This document shows, piece by piece, positions 29,013-40,389 of a DNA stretch of 64,000 bases (the stretch's first letter is position 1; each line of letters opens with the position of its first letter). The stretch lies in contig OZ244922.1 of the NCBI GenBank assembly GCA_965221905.1, positions 3,200,001-3,264,000 on the forward strand, in the 5' to 3' direction. The position numbers were made by a program, and so were the translations under genes. The notes beneath the pieces are model-generated. The model was not told where the DNA came from, searched no databases, and was given only the letters and a program-made list of their open reading frames with translations. This DNA comes from Chloroflexota bacterium (GTDB lineage: Bacteria > Chloroflexota > UBA11872 > VXOZ01).

Positions 29013-30003
29013 TGCGCGGCCGTACCTCGCCCACTCGTACCCCGGCGGTATTGAAGACCACAGGCGAGTGCAACTCGCGCAGACGATCATGTTGTTCGGG
29101 GCTGATGACCTTTAGCGCTTGCAAGAACTCCGGCACCAAGACAGGGTGCGCCCGCGCGTCGCCGTCCTCGATCTTGACTGCAATGCCCCAGCCTTGGGAC
29201 AAGGCGCCCGCGCAAAACAGGCCTTCAGCGCCACTCTTTGACACCACGTTGTCGCCCGCCACGCGCATGAGGTTCGTGGTAAAGCCATTGGTGCCCGATA
29301 CCATCTCCGGATAGGCCCGCATCGCACGCGAAATTCGCATCGCCGCAGCCTCGCGCTCCGCCGCGAGCCCTATGGGATTGGCAAGAACTGCAAATGCGCG
29401 CGCAATTTTCCGCAACGGAATGGCGAACACAGGCGCATTGCATCCGTCTACGGCAACATAAACGTCGTCCGGCAGCACACCGGATACTTCCGCCAAGACA
29501 CGGCGAAGACGGACCTGCGCCGGATGCTCCGGTGCCGTATATCCTTCAATCTGCCATCCGGCATGTTGGCAGAGCGCAAGCATGCTGGCATGTTTGCCTG
29601 AGCAATTATTATGTATCTTGCGCGGAGACTCACCGGCACGGATCAGCGCCTCCGCGCTTGGCGCATGGGTCGGCGCATGCGTGCCGCACGCGAGCGCTGT
29701 TTCGTCTAGTCCGATCTTCTGCAAAATGCTCTGCACAGCGGACACGTGGTACGGCTCGCCAAAGTGGGATGCGCATGTCACCGCAACCTCTCGGTCGCTC
29801 AAGCCAAAGCGTTCCGCAGCACCGCTCTCTACCATTGCCAGCGCTTGAATCGGTTTTGCCGACGAGCGGAGAAATGTCACGCGCTCCTGATCGCCGGCCG
29901 AGTAGTGTACGCTCCCTGCGGCATCCACCACAACAGCGTGCGCCCGATGCACGCTCTCAACGAGAGCGCCGCGCGTGACCTCGATCTGCATGGAATCAGA
30001 CAT
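28996..30003 (-). CDS. L-asparaginase II (Rhizobium AnsA-type)
   Basis: VESVH, RSSAKP, HNNCSGKH, DGCNAP, KSGAEG and KIEDG motifs. Confidence 0.92.
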   Translation of the reverse strand: MSDSMQIEVTRGALVESVHRAHAVVVDAAGSVHYSAGDQERVTFLRSSAKPIQALAMVESGAAERFGLSDREVAVTCASHFGEPYHVSAVQSILQKIGLDETALACGTHAPTHAPSAEALIRAGESPRKIHNNCSGKHASMLALCQHAGWQIEGYTAPEHPAQVRLRRVLAEVSGVLPDDVYVAVDGCNAPVFAIPLRKIARAFAVLANPIGLAAEREAAAMRISRAMRAYPEMVSGTNGFTTNLMRVAGDNVVSKSGAEGLFCAGALSQGWGIAVKIEDGDARAHPVLVPEFLQALKVISPEQHDRLRELHSPVVFNTAGVRVGEVRPRISLAG

Positions 30004-30159
30004 AAACCTCTCTCATCTCCTTTCCAGCGGGTGCCAGCCTACTATAGAATAGCGGTAGCATGGCTAGGCTGTGCATGCCCGCAGTTTGGTCGTGCGCGGA
30101 CAATTCTTATCCGTGACTATACGTGACATCTCCTTAGTATGCTAGAGGAGGCCGCAACC

Positions 30160-31350
30160 ATGGATCGTCTCAATATCGCTCTCGTCGGCGCCGGACGACG
30201 GGGCGCAGGCGCGCACGCTCCGGTTATCAGCGCGCTGGACGACGTGTTTAACTTCGTTGCCGTATGCGACGCCACGGAGGAACGGGCACAGGAGGTCGCG
30301 GCCCGCTATGGCTGTAAAGCCTATACCTCAGCACGCGACCTCATCGAGCACGAAACACTCGACATTGCCGACATTGTCGTGCCTGGGAACGCGCACCACG
30401 CGCTAAGCTGTTTCTTTTCCACACACGGCATTCACCAAATCGTGGAGACTGCCATCGCGGTCACGTTGCCCTTGGCCGATCTCATGATCGAGACTGCCCG
30501 GCAGCATCGTGTGAAGCTGGAAGTGGCGGAGAATTACTATCGCCAGCCACTCATGCGTTTGAGGCAGGCGGTCATCGACTCCGGCGCCATCGGCGATGTC
30601 AGCCGCATCTACCGCATCTTCGAGGAGGGCGGTTATCACGGCATGAGCCTCTTGCGTATCTGGGCCGGCGCAGACCCTACGGCAATCATGGGCGTCTCCC
30701 ACACCAGCCCTATCGTCCCTATCAAAGACCGTATGCTGCGACACCAAGAGAGCGAGAAGCTATCGATTGGAGTCATCGACTTTGCCAACGGGGTAACGGC
30801 GCTCTCCGCGTATTCCAACGTCATACACGCGCGGTCGCTCGGCCGCGGCGCGTTTCGCTGCTCGCAAATTGACGGCACCCACGGCACTATCGTGGGTGAT
30901 GAAGTCCATACCGTGCCTGCTGACGAACTGCTCACCGGCGCCCAAAGCTCTCCGGTGCTGCCGCAGCGCATAACCAGTGAACGGGACGGCATCGAAGTCC
31001 TGGAACGCCTCGAAGTAACGCTTCCCGACCGGCGCATCGCCTGGGAAAACCCCTTCCGCCGATATCCCTTAACCGAGAACCAGGTGCAGGTAGCCGACGA
31101 ATTGCTCAGTATCGCTACGGCGGTGCGCGAGGATGCTGAGCCGGCGTATGGCGCGCCTGCCGCGCGCCTCGACCAGGAGATGGACATCGCAACGCTGGAA
31201 TCCGGCGGCAAGGATCGCACAACGATTCCCTTGCCACTGCGGCAGCCAACGCAGCACGAAGAGCGCCTCCATGAAAGCTTCATGGAAAAGTATGCCTGCG
31301 AGCCAACGGACGTAGATAAGCTCGTGGACACGTTCTTTCCCCGTGGCTAA
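30160..31350 (+). CDS. Gfo/Idh/MocA family oxidoreductase (divergent)
   Basis: IALVGAGRRG Rossmann start, VAENY, YHGMS. Confidence 0.82.
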   Translation: MDRLNIALVGAGRRGAGAHAPVISALDDVFNFVAVCDATEERAQEVAARYGCKAYTSARDLIEHETLDIADIVVPGNAHHALSCFFSTHGIHQIVETAIAVTLPLADLMIETARQHRVKLEVAENYYRQPLMRLRQAVIDSGAIGDVSRIYRIFEEGGYHGMSLLRIWAGADPTAIMGVSHTSPIVPIKDRMLRHQESEKLSIGVIDFANGVTALSAYSNVIHARSLGRGAFRCSQIDGTHGTIVGDEVHTVPADELLTGAQSSPVLPQRITSERDGIEVLERLEVTLPDRRIAWENPFRRYPLTENQVQVADELLSIATAVREDAEPAYGAPAARLDQEMDIATLESGGKDRTTIPLPLRQPTQHEERLHESFMEKYACEPTDVDKLVDTFFPRG

Positions 31351-31435
31351 GCCGAGGCTGCAGACTCTAAAGCAAGGGTCGCACGTCATAATAAACATCA
31401 TCAGGCCTACGCATAGAGCGTGAAAGGAAGTTGCT

Positions 31436-31771
31436 ATGAAACAGCCGGTAGTGATTTCGTGGGACGAAGCACGTAAACGCGTACACGAGCGCGGCTTCTC
31501 CCTGCCCTTCGTAGGCGAGCAAGCCGGCGCGGAGGTGCTGCAGCTCCATCTCTCGTCAATCAACCCGGGCGAGGCAGCGCACCCACCGCACGAGCACGGC
31601 GGCGAAGAGATCATGTTTCTCATATCCGGCAGCGGTATGGCAACGCTCGGCGAGGACGAACACTCCATGGAAGCGATGGCCGCGCTCTTCGCGCCTGAGG
31701 GTACGCGCCACGGTTTGCGCAATAGCGGTGACGTGCCGATCACCTATCTGGTAATTCGCACAAGCGAGTAG
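31436..31771 (+). CDS. Cupin domain protein
   Basis: HPPHEHGGEE and PEGTRHGLRN motifs. Confidence 0.88.
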   Translation: MKQPVVISWDEARKRVHERGFSLPFVGEQAGAEVLQLHLSSINPGEAAHPPHEHGGEEIMFLISGSGMATLGEDEHSMEAMAALFAPEGTRHGLRNSGDVPITYLVIRTSE

Positions 31772-32108
31772 CACGCTGTACCCACACCGGCGCGTGAAAG
31801 GAGCGCTGGAGCGCCTGCAGCGTGCTTATGGGTTTCCCCGCACCTAACCTCGCCGCCTGGTAAACTCTCGGGCAATCCACTTCTTGCGAGTCGATTGCAA
31901 AGGTGTCGGCAAGAATCGCGGAACAGAGCCAGCCGCCTTCGCTTTACCTAACTACCTGCTAATCCAAGAGGGATCTAACCTCTGAATTGGCAGGCTAGTC
32001 CTATCCTCCATCTTAGGCGAGAGCCCATTTGAAAATTAGATTGGGATGGCGTTATTATAGACGATATTTGCTGTCCCATCCAAAACTAATACGTAGTGAG
32101 GTCTTGTA

Positions 32109-34415
32109 ATGGCAATGCGTCCACCACTCGAGCCACACACAAGGACAAAGATTGACACTCGCCTTGCTAACTTGGACTGGATTCTGGATCAGAGCAATAG
32201 ACACTGCAACGTTTTTCAGGGGCAGGCCAAGACAGATGAGCAGAATCGAAGATTTGAAGGGAACCAGCCAGATTATGTGCTGTATGAAACTGGCACAGAT
32301 ATACCTATCGCCATCATAGAGGCCAAGAGACCCGGTGAAAGCTTGGACGTCGCGATGGATCAAGCTATTGACAAGTATGCTAAACCACTACAATGCCCTC
32401 TTGCATTTGCTTTCAACGATACCTTCGTGACGGCCCGTCTTATGCAAGATCGCCCCCTAAAAATAGACGGCGAAGAACTACAAGATTTCATTGACCAGGC
32501 AACGGCGCTTCGGTTTTTCTACGAGGGGGCCGAATTACTATCGGCTCCCGCAGACATTAACTTCACACGGGAAGAGTTAATCTCAATATTCAAAAAGATT
32601 AACAATTCCCTGCGGAAGGAAGGACTGCGTGATGGATATGAGAGGTTCTCAGCCTTCGCAGAAATCCTGTTTCTAAAGTTGATTGATGAGTTTGAAAAGC
32701 TAAGTCAGCATAAGGGCAACGCGAAGCGCTTTGAAAATCGGCTGTTGTGGAGCCATTTTACCCTAAGGTTTACAAACGATAATCAAGGGTTATTGGATTT
32801 TGTTTCCGATTCTGTATGGAAGAGGCTCCAAGAAGAATTCGGTGACATCTTCAGCAGACCCTTGAGCATTAAGAGGCCCGGTACATTGCGGGAGATAATC
32901 AATGAGATTGACCCAATTAATTTGACTGCAACTGATACTGACATCAAAGGTGATGCTTTCGAATATTTCCTCAAGACAGTAACCAACGGAAATAAGGACT
33001 TAGGTGAATATTTCACGCCTCGCCACATTGTTCGCACTATGGTTAATCTGATAAAGCCGGGCTATGGTGAAACGATTTACGACCCCTTCTGCGGCACTGG
33101 TGGTTTCTTACTGGAGGCCTTCAAGTACTTGTTGTCACGAAACGACACAAGCGATCCCCGCGTGCTGAATTGGATAAAGCAGGAGGCGTTGCATGGTCGG
33201 GAAATTACTTCAACCGCACGCATTACGAAAATGAACATGATCCTGTTTGGTGACGGACACACCAACATTCACCAGATGGATAGCTTGGAGCATCCAGTAC
33301 TGGAGAAGTACAAGATTGTATTATCGAACATTCCGTATTCACAGAAAACGGAGTTCGGTTCTCATTATCCAATCCCCAGCAAGAATGCCGATGCGGTCTG
33401 CATGCAGCACATATGGCAGTCATTGAAGCCAGATGGGAGAGCTGCTGTGATAGTGCCCGAAACCTTTTTATATGATGGAGGCGCAGTTGGTCAGACAAGA
33501 GAGATGATCCTGAAGGGAAGCAGAAATTTCACAGTTGTATCGTTGCCCCGTGGTGTATTCATGCCGTATACGCCCACCAAAACCAATGTTCTCTACTTTG
33601 AAAAGGGTGGCCAGTTCAGGAACATATACTTCTTTGTAATCCATAACGATGGTTTTGAGCTCAATACGGGACGTCAGCCGATACAAGGTGATAGTGACAT
33701 CAGGACGCTCTTGAGTGAGGTTGAGACACCCCGCGCAATCGACGCTCGAGCAAACATAGTCGATCGCGACACACTAGAGAAGACTGGAAACTGGAATCTT
33801 AGGCCCTTTTACTACATGGAAGACATACCCGAAGCCAAGGGCAATATGATTCAGCTATCTGATGACCTAGTAATGGAGATCACTGACAAGAGAGATCCGG
33901 CTGCAGAACCGGATGCCAATTGGAGCATCTTAGAAGTTTCACAAAACGGGATATTCCTGGGTGCCACTCTAAGGGGCAGCGAAGCTACTCAGGAGTACAA
34001 ATTGGTGAAGGCTGGAGATGTAGTTTATAATCCCTTTCGCGTCAACATCGGGAGTATTGGTGTAGTTCCTCCACACCTTGACGGTGCTTTGGCAAGCCCC
34101 GCATATGTTGCATTTAGAGTAAGGCATGAGGGTTACCCCCCTTCGTACATCGTCTCAGTTCTCAAGCAACAACGGTACTTGAGAGTGATCATGAATTATT
34201 CTTTGTCATCGGCACGTGCCAGTTTACCTTTTAGCGAATTAATGCGCATCAAAATACCTAAGCTCGGAGATAAGGACCTAGAAGAGTTGCGTAGGCTTGA
34301 ATTCGACCTCAATGATCAACTTGAGAAGACAAGCAAAATCGTCGGACAAATAACCAGCCACGTGGCTAATGCTCTTCTGGATGCACACTCCGCCAACAGC
34401 CGCACGCTGAACTAG
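32109..34415 (+). CDS. Fused restriction-modification enzyme: HsdR_N-like nuclease, N6-methyltransferase and single TRD
   Basis: PDYVLY..IIEAKR; [18 protein letters not shown] and NIPY; C-terminal [16 protein letters not shown]...SPAY HsdS-like half; visibly lower GC. Confidence 0.88.
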   Translation: MAMRPPLEPHTRTKIDTRLANLDWILDQSNRHCNVFQGQAKTDEQNRRFEGNQPDYVLYETGTDIPIAIIEAKRPGESLDVAMDQAIDKYAKPLQCPLAFAFNDTFVTARLMQDRPLKIDGEELQDFIDQATALRFFYEGAELLSAPADINFTREELISIFKKINNSLRKEGLRDGYERFSAFAEILFLKLIDEFEKLSQHKGNAKRFENRLLWSHFTLRFTNDNQGLLDFVSDSVWKRLQEEFGDIFSRPLSIKRPGTLREIINEIDPINLTATDTDIKGDAFEYFLKTVTNGNKDLGEYFTPRHIVRTMVNLIKPGYGETIYDPFCGTGGFLLEAFKYLLSRNDTSDPRVLNWIKQEALHGREITSTARITKMNMILFGDGHTNIHQMDSLEHPVLEKYKIVLSNIPYSQKTEFGSHYPIPSKNADAVCMQHIWQSLKPDGRAAVIVPETFLYDGGAVGQTREMILKGSRNFTVVSLPRGVFMPYTPTKTNVLYFEKGGQFRNIYFFVIHNDGFELNTGRQPIQGDSDIRTLLSEVETPRAIDARANIVDRDTLEKTGNWNLRPFYYMEDIPEAKGNMIQLSDDLVMEITDKRDPAAEPDANWSILEVSQNGIFLGATLRGSEATQEYKLVKAGDVVYNPFRVNIGSIGVVPPHLDGALASPAYVAFRVRHEGYPPSYIVSVLKQQRYLRVIMNYSLSSARASLPFSELMRIKIPKLGDKDLEELRRLEFDLNDQLEKTSKIVGQITSHVANALLDAHSANSRTLN

Positions 34416-34485
34416 GTTGTCCATAGATTTAAGTTACTTAGAATGCTATAGTAAATTTAGATTAAGGATAGAAGGATACTTCTGG

Positions 34486-34623
34486 ATGCCCAAGAGAACA
34501 TACCAACCCAAAGTGCGGCGCCGGCTGCGCAGACATGGATTTCGCGCGCGCATGTCTACGCGCGCGGGTCGACGGATACTCAAGAACCGACGCGAAAAGC
34601 AGCGCACGCAGCTCACCGTTTGA
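34486..34623 (+). CDS. rpmH: 50S ribosomal protein L34
   Basis: MPKRTYQP...HGFRARM...GR; TGcTATAGT extended -10 at 34444. Confidence 0.97.
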   Translation: MPKRTYQPKVRRRLRRHGFRARMSTRAGRRILKNRREKQRTQLTV

Positions 34624-34777
34624 GCCTGTGCGGCCTGTTTAATCCTTTCCGTTTAATGCGCGTGAGTCTCTCGCGCCCCACGCGGGAGGGCTTTAGCAAG
34701 AATCGATGAACTCTTTCGCCGTAGCGCAGCCATTGCCGCAGCAAAGCCGTTGCCAAAGCAAAGCCGCTGCATGAGGA

Positions 34778-35155
34778 TTGAACCAAACGGAGAAGATAAA
34801 GAAACAACGGGACTTTGCTGCCGTATTGGCACAGGGCAAAGCGTGGTCGGCGTCTGCGACGAAGTCGACGCACACCGTAAGACTAATCGTCAAACCAAAC
34901 CAACTCACGCTCAGCCGATGTGGTTTCATTACGTCTAAGCGTGTTGGCAATGCTGTAACCCGAAACCGCGTCCGGCGGCGCTTGCGTGAGTCTATGCGCA
35001 CGCATTATCCACACGTCCGACCGGGGATGGATCTCATCTTTATTGCTCGGCGGGGTGCCGCCCAAGCCTCATTCTGGGAACTCAATAGACACGTTTGCGC
35101 GGTGCTCAGGCGTGCGCTCCTGCTGCCCCCGGAGTACAGGCCGCATGAACCGTAG
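34778..35155 (+). CDS. rnpA: Ribonuclease P protein component
   Basis: [19 protein letters not shown] (RNR motif); synteny. Confidence 0.95.
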   Translation: MNQTEKIKKQRDFAAVLAQGKAWSASATKSTHTVRLIVKPNQLTLSRCGFITSKRVGNAVTRNRVRRRLRESMRTHYPHVRPGMDLIFIARRGAAQASFWELNRHVCAVLRRALLLPPEYRPHEP

Positions 35156-35205
35156 GGTATACTGGCACAGTCTCGCATGAGGTTGAAGCGGAGAGAATAC
35201 GACAC

Positions 35206-35472
35206 GTGTCCTTCAGCAGCGCGGTAGCACTGCGGCTCATTCAGGCATATCGGCTGGCAATATCGCCGCTATTTCCGCCTAGCTGCCGCTACGCACCCAC
35301 GTGCTCCGAGTACTGTTACGACGCAATTGCGGAGTACGGGCTGCTGCGGGGCGGCTGGCTCGGCATCAAGCGCATCGCGCGGTGCCATCCGTTTCATTCC
35401 GGCGGCGTCGATCCGGTGCCCGAAATCGCAACGGGGAAGGCCGTGGCGGGCAGCCGCACGCAGCAGACGTAG
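35206..35472 (+). CDS. yidD: Membrane protein insertion efficiency factor YidD
   Basis: [10 protein letters not shown] and [14 protein letters not shown] motifs. Confidence 0.95.
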   Translation: MSFSSAVALRLIQAYRLAISPLFPPSCRYAPTCSEYCYDAIAEYGLLRGGWLGIKRIARCHPFHSGGVDPVPEIATGKAVAGSRTQQT

Positions 35473-35601
35473 CAAGAGCCAAGGGAAACCGGCCCGCAAG
35501 GCCGCGCTCGCGGACAGTCGACACAAATGGCGAATTGCGCCAGTAGTGTGGCAATGAGACTAGACCGGAAAGAACAGCGAACTTAGGGAAAAAGAAATTC
35601 A

Positions 35602-36663
35602 GTGGAACTCTTTAGCACTCTTTGGAACGACATCCTCGTCGGCGGCTTGCAGAGCGGGCTGCTCAAACTCAACGACCTCACCGGCAGCTTCGGCGTTGCC
35701 ATTATCCTCTTTACCCTCATCGTTCGCCTTGTGCTCTTCCCCCTCAGCGTCACGAGTCTCCGCTCTTCGCGCCGCATGCAGTTGCTGTCGCCCCGCCTCA
35801 AGGAATTGCAGAAAAAACATAAGGGCGACCGTCAAGCCATGGCGCAGGCGCAGATGGAGCTCTATAAGGTGCACGGGGTCAATCCGCTGATGGGGTGCCT
35901 CCCGCAATTGGCGCAACTCCCCGTCCTCTTTGCGCTCTACTGGGCCATCATCAACGTGACGAGAGACAGCGGCAGCCTGGAAATGGCGTTCATTTGGATC
36001 GATGACCTGGGCCAGCCGGACGTCTGGTTGCCGCCGGGCATCGAGTTGCCCTTCAGCCTGCCCGGTTTGCCCGGTGTGCTGGCACTCACCGCAGGCGCCA
36101 CCCAGTGGGTCGTGCAGCGCATGATGATGAACCGCATGGTGACCGACCCGCAGCAGCAGATGATCCAGAACGTAATGCAGTTCATGCCCATCATGATCGT
36201 CTTCTTCGCCATGCAATTCCCCGCGGGACTTGCTCTATACTGGGTGATATCGAACACCTTCAGCATCGGCCAGCAATTCGTTATCATGCGGGACAAGAGC
36301 CTAAACGTACTGGCAACTGCACAGGCGACGGTGACCGCTAACAATACCAGCGAGAAGAGCGAAGCAACCCAAGCACCTTCCAAGCCGCCGGCTACCGCCG
36401 CGAGAAAGCAATCTGAGACACCTCAGATTCCGGCGAAGCCTCAAAAGGAGCAGACCGAAAAGCGCCCCAGCGGACTCTTCGGTGGGTTATCATTTGGTGG
36501 AGTGAGCCGCTCGGCAATACCTGATCTTACTGAAACGACACTGCAGGAACTCGGCCTGGATTACGCAGACGACCAGGGCAACGGCGCTGCAGCTAAAGCG
36601 CCCAAAACTGGCAAATCAAGGTCGCGCAAGAGGGAGAATAAAAAAGGTGGCGGAAAGCGTTGA
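35602..36663 (+). CDS. yidC: Membrane protein insertase YidC/Oxa1 with long charged C-terminal tail
   Basis: GVAII.FT..VR, GVNPLMGCLP..Q.P and PAGLALYW motifs. Confidence 0.95.
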   Translation: MELFSTLWNDILVGGLQSGLLKLNDLTGSFGVAIILFTLIVRLVLFPLSVTSLRSSRRMQLLSPRLKELQKKHKGDRQAMAQAQMELYKVHGVNPLMGCLPQLAQLPVLFALYWAIINVTRDSGSLEMAFIWIDDLGQPDVWLPPGIELPFSLPGLPGVLALTAGATQWVVQRMMMNRMVTDPQQQMIQNVMQFMPIMIVFFAMQFPAGLALYWVISNTFSIGQQFVIMRDKSLNVLATAQATVTANNTSEKSEATQAPSKPPATAARKQSETPQIPAKPQKEQTEKRPSGLFGGLSFGGVSRSAIPDLTETTLQELGLDYADDQGNGAAAKAPKTGKSRSRKRENKKGGGKR

Positions 36664-37381
36664 AGCAACCGGCAAGACCGTCGAAGATGCAATACAAGAC
36701 GCCCTCGAGCAACTAGGGGCTTCTCGTGATGCCGTAACTGTTCGAGTCCTCAGCGCAGGCACCGGGGGGTTATTCGGTATTGGCGCAGAGGAATCCCGGG
36801 TCCTGGTGGAGCTGAAACCGGAAGGCCCTGCTGAAGAGACCGATGAAGGTGGTTCGCCTGAAGAATCGGCCGCCCCCGAGCCGCCGGCGGAATCTCAGGA
36901 TTTGCCGCTCACTGAGGAACAACTGAATGATGCTTCAGAGCTCCTTCGCGAGTTCTTCCACCATCTCGGCAGTACGGTCACAATCGAAGTGACCGGCACC
37001 GAACCCCTCCGCCTTGACGTTTCCGGCGAGGGCACCGACGCCTTCATTGGTAAACGCGGGACCACGCTGCGCTCAATTCAATTCCTCTACAACCTGATGC
37101 TGACGAAACAGCTTGGCGAGCATGATCTCGTGGTCGTAGACATCGGCGGCTACCGCCAGCGTCGTGAGGAATTGCTGATCGGTATGGCGCGCCGGCTGGC
37201 CGACCTCGTCCGCGAGAACGGTAAAGCCATCACACTGGAAGCAATGCCGCCTCACGAACGACGCATCATCCACATCACCCTGGCTGAGGACGACGCCATT
37301 GAAACCCACTCCACCGGAACCGGCGACGAACGCCGTGTTGTGATCGAGTTCAAGCCGTCGGAGGCCGAGGCGGAGGCGTAG
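36647..37381 (+). CDS. jag: Jag/KhpB RNA-binding protein
   Basis: Jag_N (GKTVEDAI), KH (IGKRGTTL) and R3H (ERRIIH) domains. Confidence 0.95.
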   Translation: MAESVEATGKTVEDAIQDALEQLGASRDAVTVRVLSAGTGGLFGIGAEESRVLVELKPEGPAEETDEGGSPEESAAPEPPAESQDLPLTEEQLNDASELLREFFHHLGSTVTIEVTGTEPLRLDVSGEGTDAFIGKRGTTLRSIQFLYNLMLTKQLGEHDLVVVDIGGYRQRREELLIGMARRLADLVRENGKAITLEAMPPHERRIIHITLAEDDAIETHSTGTGDERRVVIEFKPSEAEAEA

Positions 37382-37558
37382 CTGCCGGTAACCTGCGGCA
37401 GGGAAAGTGGGGGCTACCCTCGTAGCCTGCCCTATGCCTGGCGCGCGCAGGTTGCGGACCTGCGCTACGAGAGAAAGGCGCAGACGCGCTGCCGGGTCAT
37501 GTTGCCCGGCTTGATCGACATTTGGCAATTCACCCATCGAGCCGCTCTTACGCGCTAT

Positions 37559-38368
37559 TTACTTCAACTCCGAATCGCTCAGCCGCACGTGCGCATCGCC
37601 GGCCGCAAAGCGCCGCACCTGCCCGTCGTCGGTATGCACGCAGAGATACCCGTCGCGGTCTTGGTCTACAACGGTGCCGTCATAGCCTCTCCTACCAACG
37701 CTCACCCGCACCTCTTGCCCGATCAAGCACGAACCGGCACGCCAGGCCTGCCAAACCTCGTCCGGCGCCGCCAGCCACCGACCATACCACTGTTCGAACG
37801 ACCGGAGGCTCGCGATAAGCAACACCTCGCGGGAAACCGGGCGTCCCAGTTGATCCGCGACCGTGGTGAGCGGTTGGTCGAGTGAGAGGGCTGTACCGGC
37901 AAAATTCACGTTTATGCCTGCCCCGACCACCACGCCGTGGTTCGTGGCTTCGGCCAGCAAGCCGCCGAGCTTTCTGCCCTGCACCACCAGGTCGTTCGGC
38001 CACTTAATCGCGGCGCGCAAGCATGTTATTTCCTCTATGGCTTCTTGCAAGGCCACCGCCAGCGGCCACATAACGTGCGGCCATCGTTCGGGAGCCAAGG
38101 TTGGCCGCAATAGTATGGAAAAGAGAAGGCTGCTGCATGGGGGCGCGAGCCATGAACGGCCTTGTCTGCCCCGACCGGCAGTCTGGGCATCGGCCACCAC
38201 AACTACACCAGGGTCGGCGCCTGCACGTGCCAGCGCATGGCAGACTTCCATGGTGGAATCGACTTCCGTCCGATAGACCACGCGCCGGCCGATTTGTTGC
38301 CCGCGCACGGCCTGGGCAACGTCCCACCAACGCAGCGGCTCTTGCTTCAACTCCATCAAAGGGCTCAC
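37559..38368 (-). CDS. birA: Biotin--protein ligase (no N-terminal HTH)
   Basis: QTAGRGRQGRSW, KWPND, KLGGLL and GAGINV motifs. Confidence 0.93.
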   Translation of the reverse strand: MSPLMELKQEPLRWWDVAQAVRGQQIGRRVVYRTEVDSTMEVCHALARAGADPGVVVVADAQTAGRGRQGRSWLAPPCSSLLFSILLRPTLAPERWPHVMWPLAVALQEAIEEITCLRAAIKWPNDLVVQGRKLGGLLAEATNHGVVVGAGINVNFAGTALSLDQPLTTVADQLGRPVSREVLLIASLRSFEQWYGRWLAAPDEVWQAWRAGSCLIGQEVRVSVGRRGYDGTVVDQDRDGYLCVHTDDGQVRRFAAGDAHVRLSDSELK

Positions 38369-38451
38369 TTGCCGGATGCTACTGCAAACTCAGCGCCCGG
38401 GCCCTCATGCCCCAGAGCGAATTCTGCACAATTCCTATCGGAAGCGCAGAG

Positions 38452-38492
38452 TCCCCCTCTCCATATGAGGGAGAGGGCCGGGGTGAGGGTGA
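38452..38492. repeat. REP-like CCCTCTCC..GGAGAGGG..GGGTGAGGG palindrome
   Basis: Same unit as at 997, 11230 and 41753. Confidence 0.7.
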
Positions 38493-38736
38493 ATTCCGGT
38501 CTATTTAGTCCAGTCCCACTCGCTTAGTCGATTTTCGCAAGGTATAAAAGGTCTAGAAGGAAGGAGACGGCCGGGGCGAGGGTGCTTTTTCTCAACCATA
38601 GCCTCATCCCAGCGGTTGTCAAAGTCACGCAACCACTTGCGTTGGCAACCGGCAATTACGGCGCGCCAAAGGCGTCCGCCATGCTCCACACGAGCGCGGC
38701 TCAAGCGGCAAACCGCCTCATGCTATAGTGAAAGTC

Positions 38737-40236
38737 ATGATTGAACACAGCACGGCGCTCTCCAACCAATTCCAACTACACCAGCGCGTCGCGGCGCAGA
38801 GATGGCGCGTGCTCGGCTTCTCCGGCGTGCTCGCCGTGCTCCTCGTGGCGTGGTTCCTGCCCCCCTTGTGGGCGCTCATCAGCATTGGGGCAGCCGCCGG
38901 GGCGTTAGCCGTCTTTGCCCATCCCGCCGTCGGCGTTGGGATGCTGCTCCTTACTGTCCCCTTTGGCAGCGTGCGCACCATCAGCCTGCCGGACAACGTA
39001 GACATTACCGTAAACGAGCCGTTAGTATTGCTTATCGGCCTCTCGTGGCTTGCGGGCATGCTCGCGGGACGCTGGCGCGCGCCCTCTCTGCCGTCGCTGA
39101 CGCTACCAATCATTATCGTACTCATCCCAATGGGGCTATCTGCGCTCTCTGCGGAGAGTCTGCTGCTAAGCCTCAAGGAAATCAGCAAGTGGTCTGAGCT
39201 ATTCGTCATCTACCTCGTCACTGCCACCACCGTGCGCAACCGCCGCGTACTCACCACGCTGGTGATAATACTGTTGTTAGCAGCGCTGGCCGAGGTAGGC
39301 ATCGGCCTGGTCCAAGTAGCGTTCCGCATCGGCCCGCCGCACTTTCTCGCCGGAGGCATTCTCATGCGGGCCCACGGCACCTTCGAACAACCTAACCCGT
39401 TCGGAGGCTACCTTGCGCTCATGTTGCCCATCGCGTTAGCCATCGCGCTTGCCGCGCCTCGGCCCGGCCTACGACTGCTTGGCTGGGGCGTTAGCCTGGC
39501 ATTCGCATTCGGTATTCTGGTTAGCCTCTCACGCGGCGCTTGGCTTGGGACGTTTGCGGCGCTCAGCGTCGTCTGGCTCCTCGAAAGCCAACGCAACCGG
39601 CTGCGCGCCTTTGTGCTGGCATACGCAGGCTTTACGGCAACTCTGACCGCCCTTGTCCTTGGAATACTACCGGAAGCCATACTGGCGCGTTTCACGGACC
39701 TATTCGTATACGGCTCACGCTTGGTGCAAGAGTTGCGCGCCGGTCCAAATGCCGATAACTGGGCCATTCTGGAGAGAGTTTCGCAGTGGTATGCCGGCTG
39801 GCAGATGTTCGCCAACAACCCCATCCTCGGCGTAGGCATCGGCAACTACCCCAAGGCATATGTAACCTACGCCCTCCCGGGTTGGCCGACCGGCGTCGGC
39901 CACGCTCACAACTACTACCTCAATCTGGCGGCAGAAGGCGGCTTGCTGACCTTCGTCGCCTTTCTGTTCTTCCTGGGCATTGCCTGGCGGTTAGCCGCGA
40001 GCACGTGGCGGCGCGCGCCGGACACTTGGAGTCGCATTCTCGCATTGGGACTAATGGGCAGCCTGGCCGCCTTCTCCGCGCATAGCCTCGTTGACAGTCT
40101 CTTCGTGCATAGCATCGGCATCCTGCTGGGGATACTCTTTGGGCTCCTCTCCGCATTGGGAGCTACACCACACCAGCGGAATGCCGCCAGCCAGGACCAG
40201 TCTGACGGAATGACGCCTCACGGCAGCAGAGTTTGA
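38737..40236 (+). CDS. O-antigen ligase (Wzy_C) family membrane protein
   Basis: RAHGTFEQPN, SLSRGAW, ER...W, GVGIGNY and HAHNYYL motifs; ATG lies 7 nt after TGcTATAGT, possibly leaderless (upstream GTG at 38728 is the alternative start). Confidence 0.88.
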   Translation: MIEHSTALSNQFQLHQRVAAQRWRVLGFSGVLAVLLVAWFLPPLWALISIGAAAGALAVFAHPAVGVGMLLLTVPFGSVRTISLPDNVDITVNEPLVLLIGLSWLAGMLAGRWRAPSLPSLTLPIIIVLIPMGLSALSAESLLLSLKEISKWSELFVIYLVTATTVRNRRVLTTLVIILLLAALAEVGIGLVQVAFRIGPPHFLAGGILMRAHGTFEQPNPFGGYLALMLPIALAIALAAPRPGLRLLGWGVSLAFAFGILVSLSRGAWLGTFAALSVVWLLESQRNRLRAFVLAYAGFTATLTALVLGILPEAILARFTDLFVYGSRLVQELRAGPNADNWAILERVSQWYAGWQMFANNPILGVGIGNYPKAYVTYALPGWPTGVGHAHNYYLNLAAEGGLLTFVAFLFFLGIAWRLAASTWRRAPDTWSRILALGLMGSLAAFSAHSLVDSLFVHSIGILLGILFGLLSALGATPHQRNAASQDQSDGMTPHGSRV

Positions 40237-40389
40237 GGACATTTGGGCGAGGCCGCGGCACGTGTGCCGTAGCGGCCTTCCGTTACGCCGTGCGATCCAG
40301 GCGATACTAGAACGAGAGCGCTTAAGGCGCGTACAGCGGCGCTGCCTGGCAACGGAATTCGTACCGCTAAAGCTTTGTTGTTATGTCAA

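Noticed and set aside
34416-34485. oriC/dnaA region expected upstream of rpmH
   Set aside because: No dnaA gene and no convincing TTATCCACA boxes; the RM gene occupies this position
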